NCBI GenBank assembly: GCA_963666485.2
Contig: CAXXUO010000009.1
Span: forward strand, 192,001 to 256,000
From: Syntrophorhabdaceae bacterium
GTDB lineage: Bacteria; Desulfobacterota; Syntrophorhabdia; Syntrophorhabdales; Syntrophorhabdaceae
DNA length: 64,000 bases
Direction of reading: 5' to 3'
Shown in pieces: positions 28,919-39,713 of the stretch. A model generated the notes under the pieces. It saw nothing but the letters and a program-made list of their open reading frames with translations. It made no database searches and had not been told where the DNA came from. Position 1 is the first letter of the stretch; every line of letters begins with the position of its first letter. The position numbers and the translations under genes are program-made.

Positions 28919-29563
28919 TCAGTCCTCGCTTCCGCCGGTTAGGACCGTGTCGGCAAGCTCGTTTATGTCCTCGTCCCCGACAGGGAAATGCTCCGCGAGC
29001 AAATCCCCTGTTTCGCCGATGACCTTCACCAGCGCATCAGCGGCCTGGCCCGCGCGGATACCTGCTGAAATGCTCCTGGCAAACCCGTTTAATTTCGCCT
29101 GTGTCATCTTGTCATGTATGCCCCGGTCGGCGAGGACCCATACTTTTCTTTCAAGCAGGGAGATGAAGAACAATACGCCCGTCGATCCCTTCGTACGGTA
29201 GAGCCCTTTTTCGTAAAAGGCCCGCATGGCCCTGTCACGCACCGCCTGCTGCCTGCGCCGGTGCCCGGTCAAATGGAACGTTGCGGCAGGGACCTTCTTC
29301 ATGACAGGCCATGAGGCGGCAAAGAAGGCCAGCGTCAGCGGGATGTACCACCACAATGATTCGTGAAGGAAAAAGATCGTTATGAGGAAGGCAATGACGT
29401 TCCCCAGGGTTATCGCGCCGAGGACCTCGGCCTCACGGTAACGCGTGCTTGCATCGACCACCATGACGGCTATCTCACCGATCGTCTTCGATTCGGCCGC
29501 ATGTGTCGCCTCCCTGATCCGTTCCTTTTCAGCATGGGTGAAAAAATGCAGGGCCTTGCTCAT
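28919..29563 (-). CDS. TPM-domain membrane protein
   Basis: AESKTIGEI, GVLFFISLLERKVWVLADRGI, HFP...DINEL. Confidence 0.88.
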   Translation of the reverse strand: MSKALHFFTHAEKERIREATHAAESKTIGEIAVMVVDASTRYREAEVLGAITLGNVIAFLITIFFLHESLWWYIPLTLAFFAASWPVMKKVPAATFHLTGHRRRQQAVRDRAMRAFYEKGLYRTKGSTGVLFFISLLERKVWVLADRGIHDKMTQAKLNGFARSISAGIRAGQAADALVKVIGETGDLLAEHFPVGDEDINELADTVLTGGSED

Positions 29564-30486
29564 TACCAATCCCCCGATGCGCCGCCGCCGCCGAAGTCTC
29601 CGCCGCCGCCGCCGAACGAATCACCGCCGCCAAAATCACCGCCGCCGCCATACCCTCCTCCCCAGAACCCACCGGGGCCAACACCTCCGCCGCCGCCCCT
29701 GCCGCCAAAGAGAAACGGCAGGAAAATACCGAGGACCAGGCCGAGAACGCCGAGAAGGACCACCGTTATAAGGGAAAGGCCGAGTATGTACGCGATGGCG
29801 CCAAACCCGACAAGGCCCGCCCCGCCTCCGAGGACCTTGGAGATACGGCCGAGCATCAACAGGAATACGGCACCGAATATAAGAAAAGGAAGGGCCGATG
29901 AAAGGCCCTTCCCCTTAAGTGTTCCCGGTTTGGGTTTGTCCGGTTTGAACTCGCCGCGAGTCGCATCGATCATCGCGCGAATTCCCGCTGAGAACCCGGC
30001 ATCGAAATCACCTCGCTTGAACTGGGGGTTTATCACGAGCTGGACGATGCGGCCCGACACGAGATCGGTAAGCTTGCCCTCGAGGCCCCTGCCAACCTCG
30101 ATACGTGTCTTGCGGTCCTTCTTTGAAACAATGAGGATCGCACCGTTGTCCTTTCCCTTCTGCCCTATCCTCCAGGCTTCGGCTACCCGAATCGAGAAGT
30201 CCTCGAGCGAGTCCCCCTCGAGCGAATTGATCGTGAGGATCACGATCTGCGTTGAATCCGTCTTTTCGAAATTCCTCAATTCGGCTTCAAGACGCGTCCT
30301 GGCCTCAGGGGATATCATGTTCGCGTAATCATTCACGCGCCCCTTGAGGGGCGGTACGTCAAGGGCATAGCCCGGGAATGCCGCCAGCAGGGACGCGGCC
30401 AGTACCATAAAGACCGCAGCGCAGTATGCAAGACACCGTACCCTGCCCGGATATGACCCGCTTTTTATGTTATGCAGAAGACCCAT
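29563..30486 (-). CDS. TPM-domain (YgcG-like) protein with Gly-rich tail
   Basis: RVNDYANMIS, WRIGQKGKDNG, RIEVGRGLEG.LTD, GGGGDFGGGGASGDW. Confidence 0.92.
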   Translation of the reverse strand: MGLLHNIKSGSYPGRVRCLAYCAAVFMVLAASLLAAFPGYALDVPPLKGRVNDYANMISPEARTRLEAELRNFEKTDSTQIVILTINSLEGDSLEDFSIRVAEAWRIGQKGKDNGAILIVSKKDRKTRIEVGRGLEGKLTDLVSGRIVQLVINPQFKRGDFDAGFSAGIRAMIDATRGEFKPDKPKPGTLKGKGLSSALPFLIFGAVFLLMLGRISKVLGGGAGLVGFGAIAYILGLSLITVVLLGVLGLVLGIFLPFLFGGRGGGGGVGPGGFWGGGYGGGGDFGGGDSFGGGGGDFGGGGASGDW

Positions 30487-30506
30487 GGGTAAATTCAGGT
30501 CCTTAC

Positions 30507-31091
30507 CTAAAATTTCACCTTCGGCGCTTTTTCGGCACCGGCTTCGGCCTTGAACGGCTCTCTCTGCGGGAGCTTCGTCAGGAACATGTTCGTCAGGTTG
30601 TTGGGAAATACGCGTATCGTGGTATTGAAGTCCTGGACGGCCTTGTTATAGCGTACCCGCGCGACATTTATCCGGTTCTCCGTTCCTTCCAGCTGGTTCT
30701 GGAGGTCCCTGAAATTCTGGTTCGCCTTGAGGTCCGGGTAACGCTCGGCAACGAGCAGGAGCCGGGACAACGCCCCGGACATGTTCGCCTGGGCCTGCTG
30801 GAACTGCGCCATGGCCTGCGGGTTGTTCAGGGTATCTTTCGACACCTGGACCGAGCCCACCTTCGCGCGGGCCTCTGTAACCGCCACGAACGTCTCGTTC
30901 TCGTGCTTCGCATAGGCCTTCACGGTCTCGACCAGGTTCGGCACGAGGTCGTTGCGCCTCTGGTATGAGGCCTCGACATCACCCCATGCCGCTTTGACGG
31001 CTTCATCTTTCTGCTGGATCGTGTTGTACCCGCATCCGGAAAGCATAAGTACCGCCAGGGCAATGACCCCATACAAAAACGATCGTTTCAT
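30507..31091 (-). CDS. lemA: LemA family protein
   Basis: YQRRNDLVPNLVETVK, ERYPDLKANQNF, LEGTENRI; lipobox-like LSGC. Confidence 0.95.
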   Translation of the reverse strand: MKRSFLYGVIALAVLMLSGCGYNTIQQKDEAVKAAWGDVEASYQRRNDLVPNLVETVKAYAKHENETFVAVTEARAKVGSVQVSKDTLNNPQAMAQFQQAQANMSGALSRLLLVAERYPDLKANQNFRDLQNQLEGTENRINVARVRYNKAVQDFNTTIRVFPNNLTNMFLTKLPQREPFKAEAGAEKAPKVKF

Positions 31092-31258
31092 TATCTCCTC
31101 CCTCTCCATTTCATTTCGCAGTTATCGAGCGAAAGCGCGCTCCTGAAAAAGATCACGGATGTAATAGTATCATTTTGTCCAAAAAAAATATAGATTTTCC
31201 ACCCTTGACGCCGCCGAAAGATGCGTGATAAAAACTTCAAAAAAACGGAGGGTACAAG

Positions 31259-31660
31259 GTGGATGACGAGATAAAGAAAAGAACGCAGGAAACCGCGAAA
31301 AAACTCTGGACAGGCGGCATAAAGCTCGACCCCCCGTACCTGACATGGAAAGAGTTCGACAAGGACCTTGCCAACGACCTTTCCATGTTCATAACCGGAA
31401 ACCTCTATTCCCGTACGGTATTGACCCTTCCGGAACGCCAGATGGCCGCCTGTGCGATGCTCGCCGCCCTCGGCGCCTCCGATGAGCTCCGGCTTCACGT
31501 CAACGCCGCACTTAATGTTGGCTGTGACCCGAAGAAGCTCGCCGAGGTATTTTTCCAGCTTGCACCGTATGGCGGCATGCCCCTCGTGAACAAGGCGCTC
31601 GAAGTGTTTAAGGAAGTGTTGAAGGGGCGGGGGGAGTGGGAAAAGTATAAAAACGGCTAA
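31259..31660 (+). CDS. Carboxymuconolactone decarboxylase (CMD/AhpD-like) family protein
   Basis: YSRTVL...ERQM, LRLHVNAALNVG, APYGGMP. Confidence 0.88.
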   Translation: MDDEIKKRTQETAKKLWTGGIKLDPPYLTWKEFDKDLANDLSMFITGNLYSRTVLTLPERQMAACAMLAALGASDELRLHVNAALNVGCDPKKLAEVFFQLAPYGGMPLVNKALEVFKEVLKGRGEWEKYKNG

Positions 31661-31843
31661 CGGCTAACGGCTAACGGCTAACGGCTAACGGCTAACGGCT
31701 AACGGCTAACGGCTAACGGCTAACGGCTAACGGCTAACGGCTAACGAAGAATACCGAAGACAAAAGAAAAGGCAAGCGCAAAGCTTGCCTTTTCATATTT
31801 TCAGTTTTTTCCGTTAGCCGTTAGCCGTACGCCGTTCGCCGTT
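31652..31843. repeat. (AACGGCT)13 tandem array with inverted partner (CCGTTAG-like)x4.7
   Basis: 13 perfect copies at 31652-31742; inverted degenerate copies at 31811-31843. Confidence 0.95.
31766..31794. terminator. Probable bidirectional intrinsic terminator inside the array pair
   Basis: GAAAAGGCAAGC-GCAAA-GCTTGCCTTTTC between convergent genes. Confidence 0.8.
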
Positions 31844-31846
31844 CTT

Positions 31847-33226
<1,380 letters not shown>

Positions 33227-33374
33227 TTAAATATCCAACACCCTTTACGTTATATGAGACAAAGCTAGGATATAAAACCCGATAAACACATCTTTTTCAA
33301 TCAGGTGCACCATGTTTCTATTATAGGGGGAAACCCTATTTATATTATAATGGAATCCCCGATAGCAGAAGACC

Positions 33375-33506
33375 GGCTATGGGCGATGGGCTATGGGCGA
33401 TGGGTAAGCGTACGGGGGGGTAATAACTTAAGTGGAGCATGGAGGTATTGAGCGCGGAAATTGGCCGGGCGATAACCCCTTACCTATCGCCTATCGCCTA
33501 TAGCCT
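33375..33506. repeat. Inverted heptamer arrays (GGCKATG)4 ... (CCTATMG)3
   Basis: 33375-33402 and 33483-33506. Confidence 0.88.
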
Positions 33507-33514
33507 GTTTTTGT

Positions 33515-34168
33515 TCAATGCCCGCTCTGCACCCACTGTATCGCGTATTTCAAAAGATCGGTCCCGTCGCTGAGCTTCAGCTTGTCCTTTATATGCGCAC
33601 GGTAGGATTCGACCGTCTTTATGCTCAGGTGGAGCCTCTCGGCGATCTGGCGGGTCTTTTGCCCCTGCCCTATAAGCCTGAACACGGTAAGCTCGCGGTT
33701 GCTGAGGAGGTCCATCGGGGACGTCGGCTGGCTTGCGCCTTCGACAGAAACAAATTTTTCGAGCATTTTTGTGGTTATCCGCTCACTGACGAATATCTCT
33801 CCCTCGAGCACCTTGCGGACGGCGACAAGGACCTTGTCGAGGGCCTCCTGCTTCATTATGTAGCCCCGGGCACCCGCACGGAGCGACCGCTCCGCGTACA
33901 GCGTCTCGTCGTGCATCGACACGACGAGGACCGGTATGTCCTTGTGGCGCAGTTTCAATTCCTTGATCAGCTCGATCCCGTCGATACCGGGGAGCGAGAT
34001 GTCGACGATAGCCATGTCGGGAATGTCCTTTTCGATCGATTCTAAGGCCATCTGGGCGTTCTCCGCCTCGGCCGCCACAACCAGGTCGGGTTCCTGGTTG
34101 ATAAGGAGTGCAAGGCCTTTTCGCAATATCGGATGGTCGTCGACGATAAGTATCTTCCTTTTTGTCAC
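33515..34168 (-). CDS. NarL/FixJ-family response regulator
   Basis: IVDDHPILRKG, LSNRELTVF..IAERLHLSIKTVE; GTG start overlaps the kinase stop (GTGA). Confidence 0.94.
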   Translation of the reverse strand: MTKRKILIVDDHPILRKGLALLINQEPDLVVAAEAENAQMALESIEKDIPDMAIVDISLPGIDGIELIKELKLRHKDIPVLVVSMHDETLYAERSLRAGARGYIMKQEALDKVLVAVRKVLEGEIFVSERITTKMLEKFVSVEGASQPTSPMDLLSNRELTVFRLIGQGQKTRQIAERLHLSIKTVESYRAHIKDKLKLSDGTDLLKYAIQWVQSGH

Positions 34169-35739
34169 AGGTATCCTCCATTTTGCACGGTTTTGGTCTG
34201 CCCGTCGGGCGCCCTGTTGGAGAAAACGCATCGCAGGATCGTGCCGCCCGTATCGTGTGTCCTGATGTCGAGGACGGCGCCTATCATTGAAGCGCGGTAC
34301 TGCATGATGCTCAATCCCATACCTTTCCCCTGGCTCTGGGTGCTGCCGATGCCCACCCCGTTGTCGTAGATGGTAAGGAGGCAGCTCTCGCCATCCTGTC
34401 TCAATGCGATCGTGATACTGTCCGCCTTGCCATGCTTGATCGCATTGTTGAGCGCCTCCTGTGCGATCCGGTATACGTGCGAAGCCACCGCATTGTCACC
34501 GAGCAGGACGGGTTTTTCGCATTCGAACCTGCAGGTCACCCCGAACAGTTTTTCGACATTCGATGCAAGCTCGATGAGTGCCATCATGAGCCCGTCCGCC
34601 TCGAGACGAACAGGGTTCAAGCCCCGCGCGAATCCCCTGGTCAGCGTTATCGCCTGATCGATAAGCTCGACGATCTCGAGGACATCCTCCGACCGGATCG
34701 GCTGCTGCGTCGCCGTCTTCCTTTCCAGGACCTTGCTCATGAATCCGATACCGGCGAGGTGCTGACAGAGACTGTCATGGAGGTCCTGCCCGATCCTTCG
34801 CTGCTCCCTGCCGCTTATCTCGAGCAGTTCCCTTTCCAGTTTTTTACGCCGGGTCGTATCCCGAACAATGCCGAGCGCTTTGTTGGGGCCCGACATAACG
34901 ATCCGGACCTCTATGTCGCTGACATCTCCGCCGAGCGATAAGTGCTGCTCATATACCTGGGGCCTGCCCGTGGACAATGACTGCCCGACATACGCCATGG
35001 CCTGGTCGAGGAGCCGGCGGGGCAGGAGCCTTTCCCGGTCGGATATTTCGAAAACGCTGCGCCCGACCAAGTCCCGGGCCAATTTCTTGAGCGAAGAAAA
35101 GCTTCCCACGTGAAGGCCGAGCAATATCCCCGAACTGTCTACCTGGAACATGAGATCGGGGATCGCCTCGAGCAGCGCCCTGTTCTGGGACTCGCTTTCT
35201 TTCAGCGCCTCTTCGCCGTACCTGACCTCGACCATCTGGCCCATCCGCTCGGCAATACCGTTTATCAATGTCCTCTCTTCCTTGAGAAACGGGCCTTCAT
35301 CGGCCTTCGGCCGCCTTTCGCGATAAAAGACCTCGAGGGAACCCGCCGGGCGCCCGTGAACGATTATGTCCTGCGATAGCCTCCATTTCGTCTTTTCGAA
35401 ATCGCGGCTCGTAAAGACACGGTCGTTCAGGATGATCCTGCTTGTTGTCACGTCAGGGTACTGCCAGGCATCGGGAATGATATCGACCGTCCTCTGCAGG
35501 ATCTCGTCGAGCGTGGCGCCTTTTGTCTCGATAATGGCTGAGATCTTATAGAGGCAATTCAATTCCTTTACGCGCTCTTTCAGCTCAAGTGTCCTTTTCT
35601 GGAGTTCTTTCTGAAAAAGCTTGTGCTGCCGGTCGAGCTCGGTCAACCGCTGTATCTTTTTTTCAGCCTTCTCGAGGGCAGCCAGGGCATTTTTTTCGTC
35701 CCTGCCGCGCAAAGGCCGTGTATTCTCCTCAATCGCCAT
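34165..35739 (-). CDS. Cytoplasmic PAS-containing HisKA_3 histidine kinase
   Basis: LKERVKELNCLY GAF-like region, PAS (AIPDLMF...VRDTT), EQRRIGQDLHD, QEALNNAIKHG, GMGLSIM. Confidence 0.92.
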   Translation of the reverse strand: MAIEENTRPLRGRDEKNALAALEKAEKKIQRLTELDRQHKLFQKELQKRTLELKERVKELNCLYKISAIIETKGATLDEILQRTVDIIPDAWQYPDVTTSRIILNDRVFTSRDFEKTKWRLSQDIIVHGRPAGSLEVFYRERRPKADEGPFLKEERTLINGIAERMGQMVEVRYGEEALKESESQNRALLEAIPDLMFQVDSSGILLGLHVGSFSSLKKLARDLVGRSVFEISDRERLLPRRLLDQAMAYVGQSLSTGRPQVYEQHLSLGGDVSDIEVRIVMSGPNKALGIVRDTTRRKKLERELLEISGREQRRIGQDLHDSLCQHLAGIGFMSKVLERKTATQQPIRSEDVLEIVELIDQAITLTRGFARGLNPVRLEADGLMMALIELASNVEKLFGVTCRFECEKPVLLGDNAVASHVYRIAQEALNNAIKHGKADSITIALRQDGESCLLTIYDNGVGIGSTQSQGKGMGLSIMQYRASMIGAVLDIRTHDTGGTILRCVFSNRAPDGQTKTVQNGGYL

Positions 35740-35871
35740 AGTGCACGATTATATCACAAGGCAGGCGAAAAAAATCAAGCAGTGACCCCTTGACCTATTC
35801 ACGGCACACCCCCTTCATCAGCCTTGCATCCCCGCAGGCAGCCTGATATCATAGTGCCTGGGGATGCATAC

Positions 35872-36651
35872 ATGAAACCGGGATTACTATTTCGTTCACT
35901 GTTCAGTTTATTTTTCGTAACAGCACTGGCAACGGCGGTCCTCCTGCCTGCGATGGCAGGGCAGCAGGATGCCCCCGATCACTTCGTCGATGCGCGGCAG
36001 CACATACCATCCCTCAGGATGGATATCCGGTATTACACGGCACACAATTTCGTGGGGGAAAAAATAGACGGGTACAACGCCCCGAAGTGCATTCTCACGA
36101 TCGAGGCGGTGCAGGCCCTGGAAAAGGTCCAGGCGGACCTCGGGCCTTTCTCGATGTCCCTCAAGATATACGACTGCTACCGGCCCCAAAGGGCCGTGAA
36201 CCACTTCGTCAGGTGGGCAGAGGATATCCGGGATATCCGGACAAAAAAGGAATTTTACCCTACGGTCGATAAGTCACGGTTATTCGCAGACGGATACATT
36301 GCTGAAAGATCCGGGCATTCCCGCGGAAGCACCGTGGACCTCACGATCGTCCCGGTCCCCACTCCTCCTGAAGCCGAATACGTCCCCGGCCAGGAGCTTT
36401 TCCCCTGCTTTCTTCCGGCCGCGGAGCGCTTTCGTGACAGCTCTATCGACATGGGGACCGGCTTCGACTGTTTCCACAACCGCGCCCATACGGCCAACCC
36501 TGACATTCAAGGCCAACAGCGGACCAACAGGCTCCTTCTGAAGTCATTGATGGAGAAGCACGGCTTCGTGAACTACGACCTTGAATGGTGGCACTTCACA
36601 CTCAAGAACGAGCCCTTTCCCAAAACGTATTTCGATTTTCCGATAGAATAG
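35872..36651 (+). CDS. D-Ala-D-Ala dipeptidase (VanX/DdpX, peptidase M15), exported
   Basis: YDCYRPQRA, SGHSRGSTVD, DMGTGFD, EWWHF; signal peptide AMA. Confidence 0.93.
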   Translation: MKPGLLFRSLFSLFFVTALATAVLLPAMAGQQDAPDHFVDARQHIPSLRMDIRYYTAHNFVGEKIDGYNAPKCILTIEAVQALEKVQADLGPFSMSLKIYDCYRPQRAVNHFVRWAEDIRDIRTKKEFYPTVDKSRLFADGYIAERSGHSRGSTVDLTIVPVPTPPEAEYVPGQELFPCFLPAAERFRDSSIDMGTGFDCFHNRAHTANPDIQGQQRTNRLLLKSLMEKHGFVNYDLEWWHFTLKNEPFPKTYFDFPIE

Positions 36652-36658
36652 AAAAAAA

Positions 36659-36774
36659 TAGGCGATAGGCTATGGGCGATGAGTTGCACGGATACCTATC
36701 GCCTATCGCCTATCGCCTATCGCCTATTGCCTATCGCCTATCGCCTATTGCCTATCGCCTATTGCCTATCGCCT
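36659..36774. repeat. Inverted heptamer arrays (TRGGCKA)3 ... (CCTATYG)11
   Basis: 36659-36679 and 36695-36774. Confidence 0.93.
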
Positions 36775-36911
36775 GTTTTATTTGGAAAGCATGGCGCATC
36801 CTGTAAGCGACCGGCCTCACGAAAGACCTCTTCGGGGTATGTTGGGGGGTTACAAGGGCCGATCATGACGCGCCATGCCTGTGGGGCATATTAAAGTACC
36901 GGGCAGCATGT

Positions 36912-37301
36912 TCATGACATTCCCTCCCGGCTTTCTACAATATCGGACAGAATGGGTACCAGGTCATCGTACAGCCGCCGCTTGTTTATAAACGCGGTCG
37001 CCCCGGCCTTCATCGCCGCTTCTTTGTAAAGGCCGTTCTCATGAACGGTAAGTATGACAACCTTGGCGTCCGGTAATATCGATTTGACCCGGGACGTTGC
37101 ATCTATTCCATTGATGCCCGGCATGTCTATGTCCATTATGATCACGTGCGGCGATTCCTGACGACAATACGTCAGGGCCTCGTTCGCGGTCCGCATTTCG
37201 ACGAACGCGCAGCCGGGAAGCTCGTCGCTCAGCCATTCATGGAGGAGCCTCCTCAAATTCACATGATCGTCAACGATCATTATCGTAGCTTTCTTTTCCA
37301 C
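36912..37301 (-). CDS. Single-domain response regulator
   Basis: IVDDH, IMDIDMPGING, ILT, FINK; start uncertain (GTG 37301). Confidence 0.85.
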   Translation of the reverse strand: MEKKATIMIVDDHVNLRRLLHEWLSDELPGCAFVEMRTANEALTYCRQESPHVIIMDIDMPGINGIDATSRVKSILPDAKVVILTVHENGLYKEAAMKAGATAFINKRRLYDDLVPILSDIVESREGMS

Positions 37302-37385
37302 GATCAATACGGATACTATAATCACTATTTCGTGAAATTGTCTGTCGGGAGAACATGACAAAAGGAAGGGGAAGGTTTGAAAAAA

Positions 37386-37525
37386 GATGGGCGATGCGTG
37401 ATGGGTGATGGGCGATGGGCGATGGGAAAAGCGGGGGAACTTTTGAGAAATACAGTGAGGGTTGTTGAGATATGGGGTACTGAGTTTTTTGCCTATTGCC
37501 TATTGCCTATTACCCCTTACCCGTT
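37386..37525. repeat. Inverted heptamer arrays (GATGGGY)6 ... (GCCTATT)3 plus degenerate units
   Basis: 37386-37426 and 37491-37525. Confidence 0.85.
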
Positions 37526-37526
37526 T

Positions 37527-38156
37527 TTACGTTATCCCATGCGTCAGCGCATAATGGATAAGACCCTCCGTCCCTTTGACTCCGATCTTTTCCATGATGT
37601 GCATCCGGTATGTCCGTATGGAATTTATGCTCAGTTTCAGCTCCCGGGCGATGTCTTTGACGCTCTTCCCGGCGCCAAGCATCCTAATGACCTGGAATTC
37701 GGTATTGGTCAATCTCTCATGCGCGGGTTTTTCGGCATATGATTCAAAGTTCGAGACCATTTTACCGGCAAACTCCGGGTTTATATATTTCTTCCCGGAC
37801 AGTACCATGCGTATCGCGTCGATCAGTTCATCGGGCTCACACTGCTTCGTGATATACCCGTTCGCCCCGGTCCTGATCGCCCGGATCGCGTAAAGATCCT
37901 CGGGATACATGCTCACAACGAGTACCGGAAGGCGGGGCCGCCTTTTGCGCACGTCCTTCAGCGCATCGAGTCCGTTCATGTCCGGCAGAGAGATATCGAG
38001 AAGGACAATATCATGATCGTGCTCACTGACGCTTTCCATGAATTCCACGCCGGTGCGGACCGCTTCGATCCTGGTATCCTTGAAATTCTCCCGGAGAAAA
38101 TCGGAAAATCCCTTCTGGACGACCGGGTGGTCCTCGACGATCAGGACGCGCAGCAT
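37527..38156 (-). CDS. NarL/FixJ-family response regulator, paralogue of 16693-17325
   Basis: MLRVLIVEDHPVV, LLDISLPD, C-terminal LuxR HTH. Confidence 0.94.
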   Translation of the reverse strand: MLRVLIVEDHPVVQKGFSDFLRENFKDTRIEAVRTGVEFMESVSEHDHDIVLLDISLPDMNGLDALKDVRKRRPRLPVLVVSMYPEDLYAIRAIRTGANGYITKQCEPDELIDAIRMVLSGKKYINPEFAGKMVSNFESYAEKPAHERLTNTEFQVIRMLGAGKSVKDIARELKLSINSIRTYRMHIMEKIGVKGTEGLIHYALTHGIT

Positions 38157-38173
38157 GCGACACCCTTAGAGAC

Positions 38174-38415
38174 GGCTCCAGGTTCCGGGTTCCAGGTTCC
38201 AGGATAAAAAAGACGGGCTAATACGGTTCCAGGTTCCACGTTCCACGTTCCACGATAAAAGAAATAGGTTGGTAATGAAGTGAATATTCTGATCATGTCA
38301 GCATAAGCCCTCAACACATAATCCGGCGTTGTAAATGTTCCGACGTGCGGGAAATAGAAGGCAATCGAACTCTGGGAGGTTTTTGCGTGGAACGTGGAAC
38401 CTGGAACGTGGAACC
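38174..38415. repeat. Two SGTTCCA arrays plus one inverted CSTGGAA array
   Basis: 38174-38203, 38225-38254 and 38386-38415. Confidence 0.9.
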
Positions 38416-38422
38416 TCCTTGT

Positions 38423-39169
38423 TCACTCCGGCGTGCTTTTCGTCGGCACCGGCTGGGGGGCTGCCGGCTGGCCGGTTCTTGGCCTTGAGGCTCCCCCGGC
38501 GGGCACGGGGGCGGGTGACGGGGTATTCGGCCCGACTGCCGGCTTCGGCGGCGTTTGCGGCAACTGGGGGGAACGCGCCGGGACGCCCGGCTTTGGTGCC
38601 GGGGCCTGGGGTGGCGGGGCCTGGGGCTCCGCGGGCTGGGCGGTATCCCCTCCCCTGCGTTTTGGCTCGGAGAGCATAACTGTGATGCGGTCATCTCCCC
38701 GTGCCAAGGTTATCCTGTCGCTCATGATGTCGGTCACGGTGTACCCGCTGACAACTTCACCCTTCTTTACGACCCTCTGGCGCGCTCCCCTGCCCGGGGT
38801 CGTAACAGGGTTCCTTCTGTCTTCGATGAACGCGAGACGGTCGGTATCCACCAATGTCCCGTAGAGGACTATTTCCGGTCTCGGGACCTCGGCCTTCTTT
38901 TCGACCGGTATCGTCCTGTCCGGATGAAAGAGGTTCGCCTCCCCTATAAGCGCATAATCGGAGGGCATCTTCGGGGAAGATTCGGCCGGCTGGGCGGCGG
39001 CCGCGGCGGCGCCTTTTGTCTTGACCTTCGGAACAGCGTAGTAATGCCTCATGCGGAATGCCGACACCGCTATGCTGGCAGCGAACGCGAGAATTATGAG
39101 TGTAAGCAGCACATTGAGGACATTCGCGCTCTCTATGATATCCCGGAGCCATCTCATTCTATTTTCCAC
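38423..39169 (-). CDS. T2SS GspC-like protein (TM, HR-like domain, Pro-rich tail, no PDZ)
   Basis: Last gene of the gsp operon; NLFHPDR, VLYGTLV...AFIED, KKGEVVSGYTVTDI. Confidence 0.65.
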   Translation of the reverse strand: MENRMRWLRDIIESANVLNVLLTLIILAFAASIAVSAFRMRHYYAVPKVKTKGAAAAAAQPAESSPKMPSDYALIGEANLFHPDRTIPVEKKAEVPRPEIVLYGTLVDTDRLAFIEDRRNPVTTPGRGARQRVVKKGEVVSGYTVTDIMSDRITLARGDDRITVMLSEPKRRGGDTAQPAEPQAPPPQAPAPKPGVPARSPQLPQTPPKPAVGPNTPSPAPVPAGGASRPRTGQPAAPQPVPTKSTPE

Positions 39170-39713
39170 CTGTCAGTGCAGAAATGCGCAGCTTGACCAT
39201 CAATTCCCGGGGGTCCCTGAAGTTTCGCACCCTGGAATCGACCTCCTTTATCACGAGATACGGCGTATGCGTCTCCAGCGTGAACAGGACGTCGCTCAAG
39301 GCGCGCGTATCGGGCACAACGGCGTCCACGCTTACGTTTATAACCTTCAATTTGCCGAGGTCGTCCGCTTTCTCCACGCGCTCGCTCGCTATCGACCCGC
39401 CCCGTGCGGTTATCGAGGTCTTCACGATATTCTGGAGGGCCGCCGCCGCAATGTTGAGGGTCGGGGCGTCGATTATCTTGGCCATCTCCGACGTCCTGCC
39501 TTCCTTCAATATTTCCAGCCTTTTCTCGATCGCAGGCCGCTCCGCAATGAGATTTACATACCGCTCGAGCGTTCCTAAGCGGACAGACTCCTGGTCCCTG
39601 ATCGCGGTCAATTCCGCCTTCACCGCGATATACCCGTACTGGTAGGCAACGATAACAGCGAGGATGACGATGACCGGAAGAGCGACGTGAAAGAGGCGGC
39701 TATTTCTTTTCAT
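39159..39713 (-). CDS. gspM: T2SS GspM-like protein
   Basis: N-terminal TM, coiled coil, AAAALQ...LETHTPYL ferredoxin-like domain; follows gspL. Confidence 0.75.
   Translation of the reverse strand: MKRNSRLFHVALPVIVILAVIVAYQYGYIAVKAELTAIRDQESVRLGTLERYVNLIAERPAIEKRLEILKEGRTSEMAKIIDAPTLNIAAAALQNIVKTSITARGGSIASERVEKADDLGKLKVINVSVDAVVPDTRALSDVLFTLETHTPYLVIKEVDSRVRNFRDPRELMVKLRISALTGGK

Noticed and set aside
29570..29710. GCC-rich repeat
   Set aside because: It encodes the ordinary Gly-rich tail of TPM/YgcG proteins.
31652..31843. CRISPR array at this or the other repeat loci
   Set aside because: Units are 7-bp head-to-tail repeats with no unique spacers, and there are no cas genes in the window.
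33306..33312. NtrC sites (TGCACCA) upstream of gdhA and at 15562
   Set aside because: Only half-sites; no properly spaced TGGTGCA partner.
35872..36651. Vancomycin-resistance cluster
   Set aside because: Only a VanX/DdpX-family dipeptidase is present; no vanH/vanA or vanRS.
36679..36894. 71-aa ORF with YRLSPIA repeats; likewise 37377-37742 and 3081-3371
   Set aside because: These are translations of heptamer arrays or antisense shadows, with no RBS or protein-like content.
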